Shown here: one piece after another, positions 37,747 through 47,712 of the stretch
Position numbering within the stretch: the first letter of the stretch is position 1
Layout: the number at the start of each line of letters is the position of its first letter
Sequence record: NC_070957.1
DNA: 64,000 nucleotides
Strand: one strand, 5' to 3'
Translations under genes and position numbers: made by a program
Notes under the pieces: generated by a model
What the model saw: the letters and a program-made list of their open reading frames with translations, nothing else
Told to the model about the DNA's origin: nothing
The model's database searches: none

Positions 37747-38598
37747 ATGAAAAACGTAATCGCCCTCCTGAAGTTCGCTCCTAACACCGCCGTCCGTACT
37801 CAACCCGCCATCGCCCTGCCCAACTGCATGGACTACTATGGTCAACTCGAGCTCAAAGACGTCGACTTCACCAACCCCGTGCCGGTCAAGGTAGTTCTCC
37901 CGGAGATCATCAAACTCCTGAAGAACGCTGACTGCAAAGAAGAAAGCCTGGTTTCCTTCGAAGTCTATCTGGTAGAGGTAGACAAAGAAGGTGTGTTCGA
38001 TGCCGAAGCCCTGGTAGAAGAAAACCGGATCAAGCTGGTCCATCAACAAGAAGATGAAGAAATGTCCAAAGAAGAACAAGCCCTGGCCGAGAAGACCGAA
38101 GTCGTGAAAGGTGCACCGGTCAACCAAGGTACCAACGTTTACCATCAGCCGACCAACGAGTTCGGTAAGAAGTACAAAGACGTGAAGACTGCTCGCCTCA
38201 CTCCGCGTGGTAGCGTCATCACTGCCGGCTTCGGTGCCCTGGCCGCCAACCTGGGTGATCAGCTCCTGAACGACAACTGGGAAAGTGCACGCTGCATCTC
38301 TACCGGTCTGGCTACCGTGGTCGTTGGTATGGGTGCGCACGCGCTCCACAACACCACCAAGAAGATGACCAACGAAAGCGGTGCTGGTATGCACGCCGGT
38401 CTCAACCTGGTAGCTGGTGGCGTTACTGGCCTGGTGATCGGTCGCGGTTTCGAAGCCATTTTCGAAGCCCAAGAGATGTTCTCTTTCAGCAAGAAAGAAG
38501 AAGCAACTCACGAGAACCCCAACGAAGAAGCCATGATCGTTCCGGTCAGTGATCCCGAAGTAAAAGCGATCATCAACGAGTACGAACAGGAAATGTAA
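37747..38598 (+). CDS. Hypothetical protein with three Gly/Ala-rich hydrophobic segments, 283 aa
   Basis: ATG 37747 with CAAGGT SD (preferred over GTG 37693); strong codon bias; stand-alone unit. Confidence 0.7.
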   Translation: MKNVIALLKFAPNTAVRTQPAIALPNCMDYYGQLELKDVDFTNPVPVKVVLPEIIKLLKNADCKEESLVSFEVYLVEVDKEGVFDAEALVEENRIKLVHQQEDEEMSKEEQALAEKTEVVKGAPVNQGTNVYHQPTNEFGKKYKDVKTARLTPRGSVITAGFGALAANLGDQLLNDNWESARCISTGLATVVVGMGAHALHNTTKKMTNESGAGMHAGLNLVAGGVTGLVIGRGFEAIFEAQEMFSFSKKEEATHENPNEEAMIVPVSDPEVKAIINEYEQEM

Positions 38599-38604
38599 GA
38601 GTTA

Positions 38605-38640
38605 AACCTCCACCTCCCCGTCAAGGGAGGTGGAGGTTAT
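38605..38640. terminator. Bidirectional terminator, family A
   Basis: AACCTCCACCTCCC-CGTCAA-GGGAGGTGGAGGTT between convergent genes. Confidence 0.8.
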
Positions 38641-38647
38641 TTACTTA

Positions 38648-41600
38648 TTACTTTTTCTTTTTGCCTTTACCTTCGGGAGGAAGGTCAGACTCATCGAATG
38701 CACTCATTTCTGGTGCAATCTCTTCTTCCTCTACAACTACGTCTTCTTCAAGTTTCTTTTCATCACCTTCAATTACTTCAGGATCAGAACCTTGTTCAAC
38801 GTCGTTATCGAGTTGATCTTGATCTTCGATTACCGCTTCATCATCCGCAGGCGGAAGATCGTCAGGACCGAATGCCTCAAGATCTGATTCAGGTTCAGGA
38901 GTCACATCTTTCCCAAGATCGTCACCGGTTACCTCGGTTTCGTCATCGGGAATAGTGTCGACACCGGCGTCATCAGGAGGAAGGTCGAGTTCTGCCGATT
39001 GTGCCATCGGTTCAGCACCTGCTTCCGCACCAGCCTCATCACCACCTTCACTACCTACATCAGGTCCGGCAGGGAGATCGTCCATTGAGAACGCACTCAT
39101 GTCAGAACCGTCCGTGTCGGTAGCGCCTGTGTCCTCAGCACCGAAATCGGAACCACCGCCGAAATCTCCAGCACCACCATCGAATCCACCGCCAGGCTGT
39201 TCTTCCAGCATACCAGGGTTAGATGGCTCAGCACTTTCGTCCGGTTTCTCACCGTTGATCTCGTCGGACTTGGCCTTCAGTTTTTCCAGGAGCTTATTGG
39301 TCTTCTTATTACCGTTGACATAAGCTTCCAGGAACTTAATGGTATTGGTCTCGAGGTTGGTGATACTATCTACCATCGAGAAGATACCACCACCGTCACC
39401 GTCGTTGAGGACCTCTTCGAACGGCATCGGGATATTGAAACGCTGGAACGCATCAGCCAACATCGCTCCCTTAACCTGACTAATAATCAGATCAGGTTCA
39501 ACGTTGATTTCAGCAGCCAGTCGCTCAATAGCCTTGGCACCACCCATCAACTGTGTCCAACGCTCAACGAGTTTATCGATTGCCTCGATTTTGTCGTCGA
39601 TCTTGTTGAGGGTATCAGTGATAGCCGGTTTAGGAAGTTCCACATAGAAAGACTTGAGGAAGTCCAGGAAGACCATCTCAACCTTTTCTTCTTCAGTGAG
39701 TTTACCTTCCAGTTCGAGACCTTCCGCCTCAGCGATTTCTTCCAAGCTGTATTGAGAAGAAGTCTTCTCGTAAAGTTTGGCGTTTTCCTTAATGGTCTTA
39801 AGGAGATCAGTGACCAAAGGCTCGTTGCACATGATGTGCTTCCGCATGAAGTCGGAGAAGAACCGAGAGAACTTGTCAGACAGTTCGGCGGTTTGGTTAC
39901 GAAGCATTTCCTGCTCAGCCAAAGCCTCTACCTGGAAATCGTTACCTTCACCACTGTCATCCAACCAACTACGTTTCAGGTTAAAGTAACCAGAAATAAC
40001 GTTGAGCAGTTGCTCACGAGTACTAGGATCGATTGTCTTGAGTGGTTCACGTTCCATTTGGTGGGCGTTGATCTCGGGAGCGATTACCGAACGGTTTTCA
40101 CCAGCATCGACACGAATAGTCAACGACTGTTCTTTAAACCGATCCAACACCGCATCAATAGACACGTTGTTAAAACCGATAATGTCGTGCAGAGTCGGGT
40201 TGTTGGCAAACCACTCGTCACGAACCATCGCAACAAGGTTACGAGCATCAGGGTTCTGTTTCTCCAGAACAATAGAAAGTTCTGTGTGAGAAATAGAGTT
40301 CTCGATGTTGGCCAGGGCATCAGCAGTTTCCAAAACCGCAAGGCGGGTGATGTGGAGCTTAGCTTCTTCTACCAAAGAACGACCAGTACCAAGAGCGTTA
40401 AACTCAGTGGCAATGTAGGTCATGTATTCGGCAGGGACAAAGACACAACGAACACCTTGCTGACGGAAGGCACGACCCAAGAACAGTTTCTTGTTATGCT
40501 CGGTCAGTGAGATGGTAACTGATTTACGGAGATCACCGTTAATGAAACCTTCAGCCAGTTCCTTCTCAAGTGTTGCAGATGCAAACTCAACCATCCAGGA
40601 CATGTCGACCGCACAATCTCTGCCCTGAGCAACAGCCTTGATATGGGACGCCATTTCGTTGATGGAGCCGACCCCGTTCTTCAACACGGTTCCGCTTTGA
40701 GAACCTTGATAGAACTTCATATCCCCGACAGTACGGAGAAACTCACCAGTGTCCGGGTCAGTCAACAGAATGTAACCGAATGGGTTGCCGATGTCACCAT
40801 TGGCGTGAACAGGGATACATGCTTCACTGGGAACGTGGTAAGTGATACCGATACCTTTCCCGCTACCAGTGTAGAAACGACTCCTACGAACGCTCAGGGA
40901 CTCAGAATAACGATAGTTGCGCTTGGGATACAACTCAGCAATGATTTTGTTGCTATCCTCGATGCTGGCGATACCTACCTTGTTGTTATTCTGGTTCTTC
41001 TCTTTCTTGGCCTTAGCCAGCTGTTTCTTGCCAGTCTCAAAAACCTGACCCATCACAGTTCGTAATGTCTCGTTACCAGTGACAGAACGGAGACGTCTGG
41101 AGGTCAGCGTCTGACGAAGTTCAGCTGCACGCATCACAATCGGGTTATCAGTAAAGGTCCAGTTCAGTCCTTCTTCAACCAGGTTGTATTCACTACCAGC
41201 ACTGGCGTTCCCCGAAACACCCCAGAGACTTTCCATACCACCGGCATCAGCAAGTGCGTTGTTCGGCGTTTTGCGAATGTATCCCAGGTTCTTGGCTTTC
41301 TTAAAGCTACCATCGAAATGCTTTTCGAATATAGCTTTGCCCCGTTCAAAACCCTCGTTACCAGAAGTCTCGAGTGACATCTCGTAACCATTTATGAGGT
41401 GGTCCAAAACGCTGTGGGACATGTTCAAAAGAGCATAAGAACCTGATCGGAACATTACGTCTTTAATGATTTGAGCCAGGTCTTTCTCAAAGGGGTATTG
41501 TGTTGTGAAATACTTCTTTACTGACGAGATCAAGTTGTCGTGGAGTTCCACGTTCTTCATGTCGGTATTTTCAGTAAGGAAGTTCAATATGTTACGCTGA

Positions 41601-41905
41601 TCCCCATTAGGTTTCAGCAGTAGAGTAACCCAGAGATCCTCGGCACGTTTTATCAACTGTGTGACTGAACGAAGATCGGTACTCGCTTGTGTGTTGTTAG
41701 AGATGATATCGGAAAGTTTACGTACCTTGCGATAATCTGCCTTGGACTTCTCATCACGATCCCGATTACCACGAATATCGCGATCGGCAACCATGAGAGA
41801 TTGCATCCCCTTCTCCACCGGAGTGAGGTTTTCCATACGGGCCTTCATCACTGTCTTATCGACAGGAGCAAACCCCTTTGGAACACCCTTCTGTTTAGTG
41901 CTCAT
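38648..41905 (-). CDS. Portal protein (phiKZ gp129 / SPN3US gp81-like), 1085 aa with long acidic tail
   Basis: Size, divergent position beside the gp128-like gene, N-terminal G-x-E sites (SGNEGF, GGMESL, TGNETL), helical core; assignment rests on synteny. Confidence 0.7.
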   Translation of the reverse strand: MSTKQKGVPKGFAPVDKTVMKARMENLTPVEKGMQSLMVADRDIRGNRDRDEKSKADYRKVRKLSDIISNNTQASTDLRSVTQLIKRAEDLWVTLLLKPNGDQRNILNFLTENTDMKNVELHDNLISSVKKYFTTQYPFEKDLAQIIKDVMFRSGSYALLNMSHSVLDHLINGYEMSLETSGNEGFERGKAIFEKHFDGSFKKAKNLGYIRKTPNNALADAGGMESLWGVSGNASAGSEYNLVEEGLNWTFTDNPIVMRAAELRQTLTSRRLRSVTGNETLRTVMGQVFETGKKQLAKAKKEKNQNNNKVGIASIEDSNKIIAELYPKRNYRYSESLSVRRSRFYTGSGKGIGITYHVPSEACIPVHANGDIGNPFGYILLTDPDTGEFLRTVGDMKFYQGSQSGTVLKNGVGSINEMASHIKAVAQGRDCAVDMSWMVEFASATLEKELAEGFINGDLRKSVTISLTEHNKKLFLGRAFRQQGVRCVFVPAEYMTYIATEFNALGTGRSLVEEAKLHITRLAVLETADALANIENSISHTELSIVLEKQNPDARNLVAMVRDEWFANNPTLHDIIGFNNVSIDAVLDRFKEQSLTIRVDAGENRSVIAPEINAHQMEREPLKTIDPSTREQLLNVISGYFNLKRSWLDDSGEGNDFQVEALAEQEMLRNQTAELSDKFSRFFSDFMRKHIMCNEPLVTDLLKTIKENAKLYEKTSSQYSLEEIAEAEGLELEGKLTEEEKVEMVFLDFLKSFYVELPKPAITDTLNKIDDKIEAIDKLVERWTQLMGGAKAIERLAAEINVEPDLIISQVKGAMLADAFQRFNIPMPFEEVLNDGDGGGIFSMVDSITNLETNTIKFLEAYVNGNKKTNKLLEKLKAKSDEINGEKPDESAEPSNPGMLEEQPGGGFDGGAGDFGGGSDFGAEDTGATDTDGSDMSAFSMDDLPAGPDVGSEGGDEAGAEAGAEPMAQSAELDLPPDDAGVDTIPDDETEVTGDDLGKDVTPEPESDLEAFGPDDLPPADDEAVIEDQDQLDNDVEQGSDPEVIEGDEKKLEEDVVVEEEEIAPEMSAFDESDLPPEGKGKKKK

Positions 41906-41925
41906 ATTTCTCCCTAGGAAAGATT

Positions 41926-44058
41926 ATGTTGAACAATATTGAATACAACGCTTATTTAATGAAGAATCTGGCATTGGCCAGAACGATCGTCATTAAGTGC
42001 GAAGACATCGCATTACTGGATAACCAGGCGATGGAAGATCATTATGGAATCGAAATAGGTTCGGACCGCACACAATGGCGCTACTATCTCAACCTGAATG
42101 GCGAGTATCACCAGACTGACGAAATGATGCGCGTCCAATCCCTGGATAATGGTGAGATGATTGATTTCACCAAACAGAACCTGGACCTGCACCTCGCCAC
42201 AAAACGTGCATACCGTGAAGGTAGTTATTACTTCTCTAGACTAACCGAAAAATACCAAGGTCAGTCAGAATTGATTAAGGGCATCATAAACCCTATTCCA
42301 CCGTCAGAATCGATCCCAGCAAAGAATTACCAGATACTCAGGTATAACACAGACCAGGTTCTTTGGAATGAGTATCAGTTGATCCCGGCGCTGCAACGAC
42401 ACGTCTACAACCTTGTAGAGACATTCTTCAAAACAGAATACATCTACACCGATGACCTGATGCTCACCATATTGCTGACACATCTCCATGCGTCCCTCTT
42501 CTCGGCTATTCTTCAGATACGCGAAGATGCTGATGGAACACGTTATGCGCATGAGTTCCACATTTGGTCCAGACTCACCTCGTTGGGGATGTCCCCGATC
42601 TACAAACAAGTACTCGATCGTAAACAGACCATGTGGTTCTACCGTAACCTGGATTACGTGCTTAGGAAACAAGGTCGTCGTCAAACCTTCGATGAACTGA
42701 CAGACATCATACTGACTCATCGCCGCATTCCGTTGTCCCGACACATCACGTTGCAGAACACTGAAAACATGTTGGAGTCGATCACACCGGAACCGATGTT
42801 CCAAAGTCAGCCGGTTAACAAGATCACTGGTCTGGGTTCCAACTTCCAGTTGTGGAGTGTACAGGATGTAATAAGGAAAGAGATTCCCCTGGCACTCGAC
42901 AACGAAGAGAATAGGGACACCAACCAACTGTTGACAGAACACCGTATCAAGTACGGACTCCACTCTGATATTCCAACCAAGGTTCTGGAATCCACAATGG
43001 TGGACGTAACCGATCGAAACCCCAATTCGATAATGCGTGTTCTGAACAATCAGTGGCTCTATATGGCTAAGAATAATCTCTATGTCATAAACCACGATTT
43101 CACTGATCTGAGAACAGGGAAACATTTCCGTCTGAACACCAAGGAAGCGTATATCCTTTGGGCTTACCTGGTGAACCGTTATACCGGTAACACCACAGAG
43201 CGTATTGGTTATTACACCTACTATCGAGCTGCCAAACAGACTGTACCCACTTATAAGGAACTCATGCTTTTAGGGTACGATAAGATCCTGTCTGAGAAGC
43301 TCTGTAAGGACATTGTGGCGAGTTGCCCTGACATTGTTAAGGTTATCTCACCCTCAACGTTTTATAACACATGTCGTGACATCATGGACGCTGATTGGAA
43401 TCAGTCTAAAATGAGAACTGTCGTCATGAACATGTTCTGGGAAGCGCAAACCGGCAACGCTATTGAGGCTTGTTACGAGACAGGAACTGTTTCCTTCGCG
43501 GATGGTAACAAAACCTATCACCAATGGTTAACCGAACACGACCTTTCATTCGAAGATTACTCTCAAGATGAACTGTTGGATCTTGCTTGGGCGGTGTGGC
43601 AAAAGGTTACTGGTTGGGATAACGCGGTCATTCTCTCTTTGGGAGATCAACAGCGTGCACTCATCAACCTGATGAAAGACCTAACTAGCTACACCGTTCA
43701 ATACATCGGTTCTACCGAGAATGATCTTGGTTGGGTACGGCTTGGCTTCCAACCCATGATGGAATCTGATTTCTTCAAACAAGTAGGTCCTGACGATCCC
43801 GGTACTGGGTTGGTCAATGAGATGGAACAGATACTCCCTGGCATTTATAAGGGTGTTCCTGAGATGTCTCTTGAAACCAAGAGTAAACCTATGTCGGTGG
43901 AAGGTGACATGATAGAATCTATTTACATGGAGTCTATTGCTCATGCTTACCTCAAGGATGGTTCCCACCTTAAACCTGTACCTCTAGATGCGAGTCAGTC
44001 GGTAAGAGCTAATCTGTTTATGGCTCTCACTCTGAGACCCGTTCCAATAGAGGGATAG
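41926..44058 (+). CDS. Virion structural protein (phiKZ gp128-like, probably baseplate), 710 aa
   Basis: ORF track, aromatic-rich, synteny next to the portal gene. Confidence 0.6.
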   Translation: MLNNIEYNAYLMKNLALARTIVIKCEDIALLDNQAMEDHYGIEIGSDRTQWRYYLNLNGEYHQTDEMMRVQSLDNGEMIDFTKQNLDLHLATKRAYREGSYYFSRLTEKYQGQSELIKGIINPIPPSESIPAKNYQILRYNTDQVLWNEYQLIPALQRHVYNLVETFFKTEYIYTDDLMLTILLTHLHASLFSAILQIREDADGTRYAHEFHIWSRLTSLGMSPIYKQVLDRKQTMWFYRNLDYVLRKQGRRQTFDELTDIILTHRRIPLSRHITLQNTENMLESITPEPMFQSQPVNKITGLGSNFQLWSVQDVIRKEIPLALDNEENRDTNQLLTEHRIKYGLHSDIPTKVLESTMVDVTDRNPNSIMRVLNNQWLYMAKNNLYVINHDFTDLRTGKHFRLNTKEAYILWAYLVNRYTGNTTERIGYYTYYRAAKQTVPTYKELMLLGYDKILSEKLCKDIVASCPDIVKVISPSTFYNTCRDIMDADWNQSKMRTVVMNMFWEAQTGNAIEACYETGTVSFADGNKTYHQWLTEHDLSFEDYSQDELLDLAWAVWQKVTGWDNAVILSLGDQQRALINLMKDLTSYTVQYIGSTENDLGWVRLGFQPMMESDFFKQVGPDDPGTGLVNEMEQILPGIYKGVPEMSLETKSKPMSVEGDMIESIYMESIAHAYLKDGSHLKPVPLDASQSVRANLFMALTLRPVPIEG

Positions 44059-44060
44059 AT

Positions 44061-44390
44061 ATGAATCGATTAACACGATACTATCCAGGGGATTGTATAG
44101 TTCGTGTAGTTGCGCATGGAGAGTACGTTTTGACTCTCCTTGTCGATGATAGTCATGTCAAACACGATAAAATCAACCTGGCTTGTCTCAATGCCTACAA
44201 GCTTGAAACAAGTTCAAAAACAGAACTCACTGGGAGAATGATCAGTCGAATCGTTTTCCCTTATTACGATGATCTCTATGCTGAAGATATTGACCGCATA
44301 GAAGATAACGGTGGATTCTACACAATCTACATTCGTAAAGGAGTTCTTGTTCATTTCGGTCATTTCAACATATATAAGAGGGATAAGTAA
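44061..44390 (+). CDS. Hypothetical protein, 109 aa
   Basis: ORF track; tight packing. Confidence 0.55.
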   Translation: MNRLTRYYPGDCIVRVVAHGEYVLTLLVDDSHVKHDKINLACLNAYKLETSSKTELTGRMISRIVFPYYDDLYAEDIDRIEDNGGFYTIYIRKGVLVHFGHFNIYKRDK

Positions 44391-45310
44391 TGGCTCAACA
44401 AATCGACAACAACCGTCAGAAGAGTATTCTTCCCAACCAGCTGGTTTCCCCCACTGGTATCGGTGTCGTTGTCTCCGCCGCAATCAACTGTAACCGCCCT
44501 GTGGACATTCCCAAGTACACCACACTGAATGAACACTTCAACATTCTGGCTGATGAGTCCATCGGTAAGAAGAACGGGAAAGATTTCCAACTGGCTTACT
44601 TCGGTATCGGTATCGGTGGTTCCCGCTCCATTGGCGAGGACAGTTTTGGCCTGGAAGACCGCAAGGTAAACCAGCACAAGGCCACCGACTTCAACGCCTT
44701 CCACGGTATTCCGTTTATCGCCCGTGAACTCAGCAATGACCTCGACCCGGTTCTGCGGGATCAGTATCGTCTCCGTGTCGTACGGAAGATCGGTGAAAAG
44801 ATCTACGTTCTCTACTTCCTGAAGCTGATCAACTTCGATAGCTTTGCGCCGAGTATGAAGGTCGGTACCCGTGATCCGGCCACTGGTAATGAAACCAGCT
44901 ATCCTTACGAACCCAAGAAAGAAGATCTTCAGCCGACCCCGTTCCAACTGACGGTGCAGGACTCCATTCCGTTGTCCAACACCTATGTTCACGGGACTGG
45001 GACTTTGGATCTCACCCTGAACGTGGACGATCTCCACGAGATTCGTAACGCCTGTCGTATCCTCTACGGTAACGCCAACAAAGCAGCGATCAATGAATGG
45101 TACGTGTGCCATGGTATTGAGACCCGCAACGACGGTGAAATCGGTGAAGGTGGTACAGTGGTTTATAAGGAACTGCAATCCGCAGTTGTCTCCTTTAACA
45201 TCACTGAAGCTTGGGCGCGTGACGCGAACGCGAATACCAAGATGCCGTGCTTCTTCGAATACGGTAACTCTCTCCCCCTGTTGGTTGGTAGCGACGAACT
45301 GGCTGGTTAA
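44390..45310 (+). CDS. Virion structural protein (phiKZ gp127-like), 306 aa
   Basis: SD GAGG; TAATG coupling; biased codons; synteny. Confidence 0.6.
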   Translation: MAQQIDNNRQKSILPNQLVSPTGIGVVVSAAINCNRPVDIPKYTTLNEHFNILADESIGKKNGKDFQLAYFGIGIGGSRSIGEDSFGLEDRKVNQHKATDFNAFHGIPFIARELSNDLDPVLRDQYRLRVVRKIGEKIYVLYFLKLINFDSFAPSMKVGTRDPATGNETSYPYEPKKEDLQPTPFQLTVQDSIPLSNTYVHGTGTLDLTLNVDDLHEIRNACRILYGNANKAAINEWYVCHGIETRNDGEIGEGGTVVYKELQSAVVSFNITEAWARDANANTKMPCFFEYGNSLPLLVGSDELAG

Positions 45311-45325
45311 TAAAGAGGTTCTGTC

Positions 45326-45946
45326 ATGTCTCAAAAACAACAGAACCTGTATCTCTCCCTGAAAGCCGGGGAGAGTGTTCTTTCTCTTATTCCTGCCCTG
45401 AACAAACGGTATGGTTTGTCATTGGACCCCAACAAGTATCATGACGATACCGTTGAACATGACGAACTTACTCGCTTGTCAGGTGGGTTGGTGAGTAAAG
45501 AAACAGGTGAACTGGATTGGATAGTTATCGATTCCTCCGATGGCTCAGGTAAGAATACTGTCCTCCCAATGGCTCAATTCAAGAATCCCAAAAAGCTGCT
45601 GCAAACAGAGATAAGCCGATATTCGTGCATTCAGATCAACACTTATAAGGAGATCGAATTCCTTGAACAAGTAAGTGTTGGTGTTTCTAACAATATCGGC
45701 TTTAACGGTTCCGACGCACCCAGACTTCTTATGGAGTTGATGAATCGATACGGTATCGGTTCTGGGTGGAGTTGTAACCATGGTCGTGGAAACACTACCG
45801 CAGGTTTCACGCTTCTCCATTTAGGTAAGCCTGAGACCATTCCCAGTGAATATCTCGCCAACAGTAATGTGGATTATGTTGCCGTCGTCGAATTGGAAAC
45901 CTACACTGGGAAAGCGGTATACAGCTTGACAGTGGGTAAATTATGA
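45326..45946 (+). CDS. Hypothetical protein, 206 aa
   Basis: SD GAGGT; operon packing. Confidence 0.55.
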   Translation: MSQKQQNLYLSLKAGESVLSLIPALNKRYGLSLDPNKYHDDTVEHDELTRLSGGLVSKETGELDWIVIDSSDGSGKNTVLPMAQFKNPKKLLQTEISRYSCIQINTYKEIEFLEQVSVGVSNNIGFNGSDAPRLLMELMNRYGIGSGWSCNHGRGNTTAGFTLLHLGKPETIPSEYLANSNVDYVAVVELETYTGKAVYSLTVGKL

Positions 45947-46530
45947 CAGTACGTATCTTGGGGATTGACCCTGGCATCTCTAGCCTTGGTTTGAGCTGCA
46001 TCGAACTCGATCCCTACGAGAAGAAACCTTTCAAACTCATCTATGCTGAAACAGCGAACGGTGAGTACAACGAGTTTGGCATAAGAGCGGATAACCCTCA
46101 CCAGGTCAGAGCTAAAGGTTTGACCCGGGTTTACTCTTATGTTTTTGATAAGTTCGAACCTCACGTGGTTGCTTGCGAAGATAACTTCCTCGGAATCAAC
46201 CCTGCTTCCTTTAAGCGACTCATCGAAGTAGTCTCCTACTTCAACATCCACACTGTTACCAATAAGAAGGACGCTGCATTCCGTCTCGTTCTCCCCCGAT
46301 TGGCTAAACAGATTGTGGATGCTGACTTCCGTGGTGCTACCAAAGATGATGTTAAAATCGGGCTGGCTAAATGTGAGTTCTTGGACTTGAATGGGTTTGA
46401 TCTCGATCTTTTGACTGAGCACGCTCATGACGCCATCCTCTTGGCGGTTTATTTGGGTGTCCAGTACTATAAGGACCTCGGATGGGATTTGATCCATGAT
46501 AAAAAGAGTAAAGCCTCAGCCAAGACCTGA
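45943..46530 (+). CDS. ruvC: RuvC-like Holliday junction resolvase, 195 aa
   Basis: ILGIDPG, VVACED, ATKDDV, HAHDA catalytic pattern. Confidence 0.9.
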   Translation: MTVRILGIDPGISSLGLSCIELDPYEKKPFKLIYAETANGEYNEFGIRADNPHQVRAKGLTRVYSYVFDKFEPHVVACEDNFLGINPASFKRLIEVVSYFNIHTVTNKKDAAFRLVLPRLAKQIVDADFRGATKDDVKIGLAKCEFLDLNGFDLDLLTEHAHDAILLAVYLGVQYYKDLGWDLIHDKKSKASAKT

Positions 46531-47206
46531 TCGCTGGGATTGGATACCGCTGACTCTCCGGTCAGTCTCCGGTTTCAACTCGTGCATCACGGTTGCTCTT
46601 ACATCCGTTATCTTTATGGTCACCATTCGTGACGCTGTGTTAGCATCTACGATAGGGTGGTTCAATGGGGTCACTATCACCATCATGACGGTGGCTCCCA
46701 TTGTTATTGCCTGGCATTTTACTAATGCTCGTGGTATGCTGGAAAAGGTTCTCAAGATGCCTCCATCCGAAGATGGGCTGGTAGAATCGGTTAAATCCGA
46801 AGTTCAATCAGCACATAACTCGCTTGGTAATCTCGAGACTTGTACAACTGAAGAATGTGATCAACACACCATCCCGCAAGGACTTGGTGTAATCACTGAG
46901 AGGGACGTCGGTATCGAACGTGAGATCTTTGGTTTCACAACGGTACTCCTTAGGGCCATCGCTGGTTTCATCGCCTCCCATGCTATCTGTATGGGGAGTA
47001 TCATTTATACCTTCACTATTCGTAGTGCTGTTATAACTGGTAAAGGGATGCCGGGGGATGTGGAAGTCTTTCTTGCAATCATCGGTCCTGTGATTACTAG
47101 CTGGAGCTTTATGCGTGCAGCTAATACGATCAGTGCATTGATGACCGGGACAACCGCAGTGATTAAGATGCGGAAACGTATAGCGGAGTTAATTTCTCCA
47201 AAGTAA
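46496..47206 (+). CDS. Multi-pass membrane protein, holin candidate, 236 aa
   Basis: At least four hydrophobic segments and a basic C-terminus; converges on the spanin genes. Confidence 0.55.
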   Translation: MIKRVKPQPRPDRWDWIPLTLRSVSGFNSCITVALTSVIFMVTIRDAVLASTIGWFNGVTITIMTVAPIVIAWHFTNARGMLEKVLKMPPSEDGLVESVKSEVQSAHNSLGNLETCTTEECDQHTIPQGLGVITERDVGIEREIFGFTTVLLRAIAGFIASHAICMGSIIYTFTIRSAVITGKGMPGDVEVFLAIIGPVITSWSFMRAANTISALMTGTTAVIKMRKRIAELISPK

Positions 47207-47212
47207 TAAAGA

Positions 47213-47249
47213 CCCCCTACCCCATCCGAAAGGACGGGGTAGGGGTTTT
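47213..47249. terminator. Bidirectional terminator, family B
   Basis: CCCCCTACCCCATCC-GAAA-GGACGGGGTAGGGG-TTTT. Confidence 0.8.
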
Positions 47250-47259
47250 GTCAGTACAC

Positions 47260-47712
47260 TTATTTTTTCTTGACGTAGTCCTTGTTAAACTCGTCGATGA
47301 TCTTATTAATGTTAATAATGAGCTGATCAATGGTACTCCTGAGGGCATTGATCGTTTCTGCGTCATTATCCAACTCTTTGGTTGTGGCAATAAGTATCAG
47401 TCGTGTCGAATTGTAACAAGCGTCTTTGGCAACGGTTTTGGTGCAGTCGTTTTGACTCAAGAATTGACCGAGTTGCTCCATCCTTGCTTGTTTAGGTTTC
47501 CATCCAGGGGAGTAAACCTCAGCAGGAATGAGAGTTAGGTCATCCTTCATTAACTGCAACTGATCTTTATAAAGCTGGAGCTTTGCCAGTTCCGTCTTCA
47601 TCTCCACGTACGTGCCCGCTGCGGTTACTTTGGGCTGTGAGGCGCAACTGGTCATTATAAAGATCATCGAGAGGACTATTGCCATCCGACTCACTATATC
47701 CGTAAGTTTCAT
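47260..47712 (-). CDS. Outer-membrane lipoprotein, o-spanin (Rz1-like), 150 aa
   Basis: Start revised to ATG 47712 (AAGGA SD); signal peptide MKLTDIVSRMAIVLSMIFIMTS-C23; helical mature part. Confidence 0.7.
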   Translation of the reverse strand: MKLTDIVSRMAIVLSMIFIMTSCASQPKVTAAGTYVEMKTELAKLQLYKDQLQLMKDDLTLIPAEVYSPGWKPKQARMEQLGQFLSQNDCTKTVAKDACYNSTRLILIATTKELDNDAETINALRSTIDQLIININKIIDEFNKDYVKKK

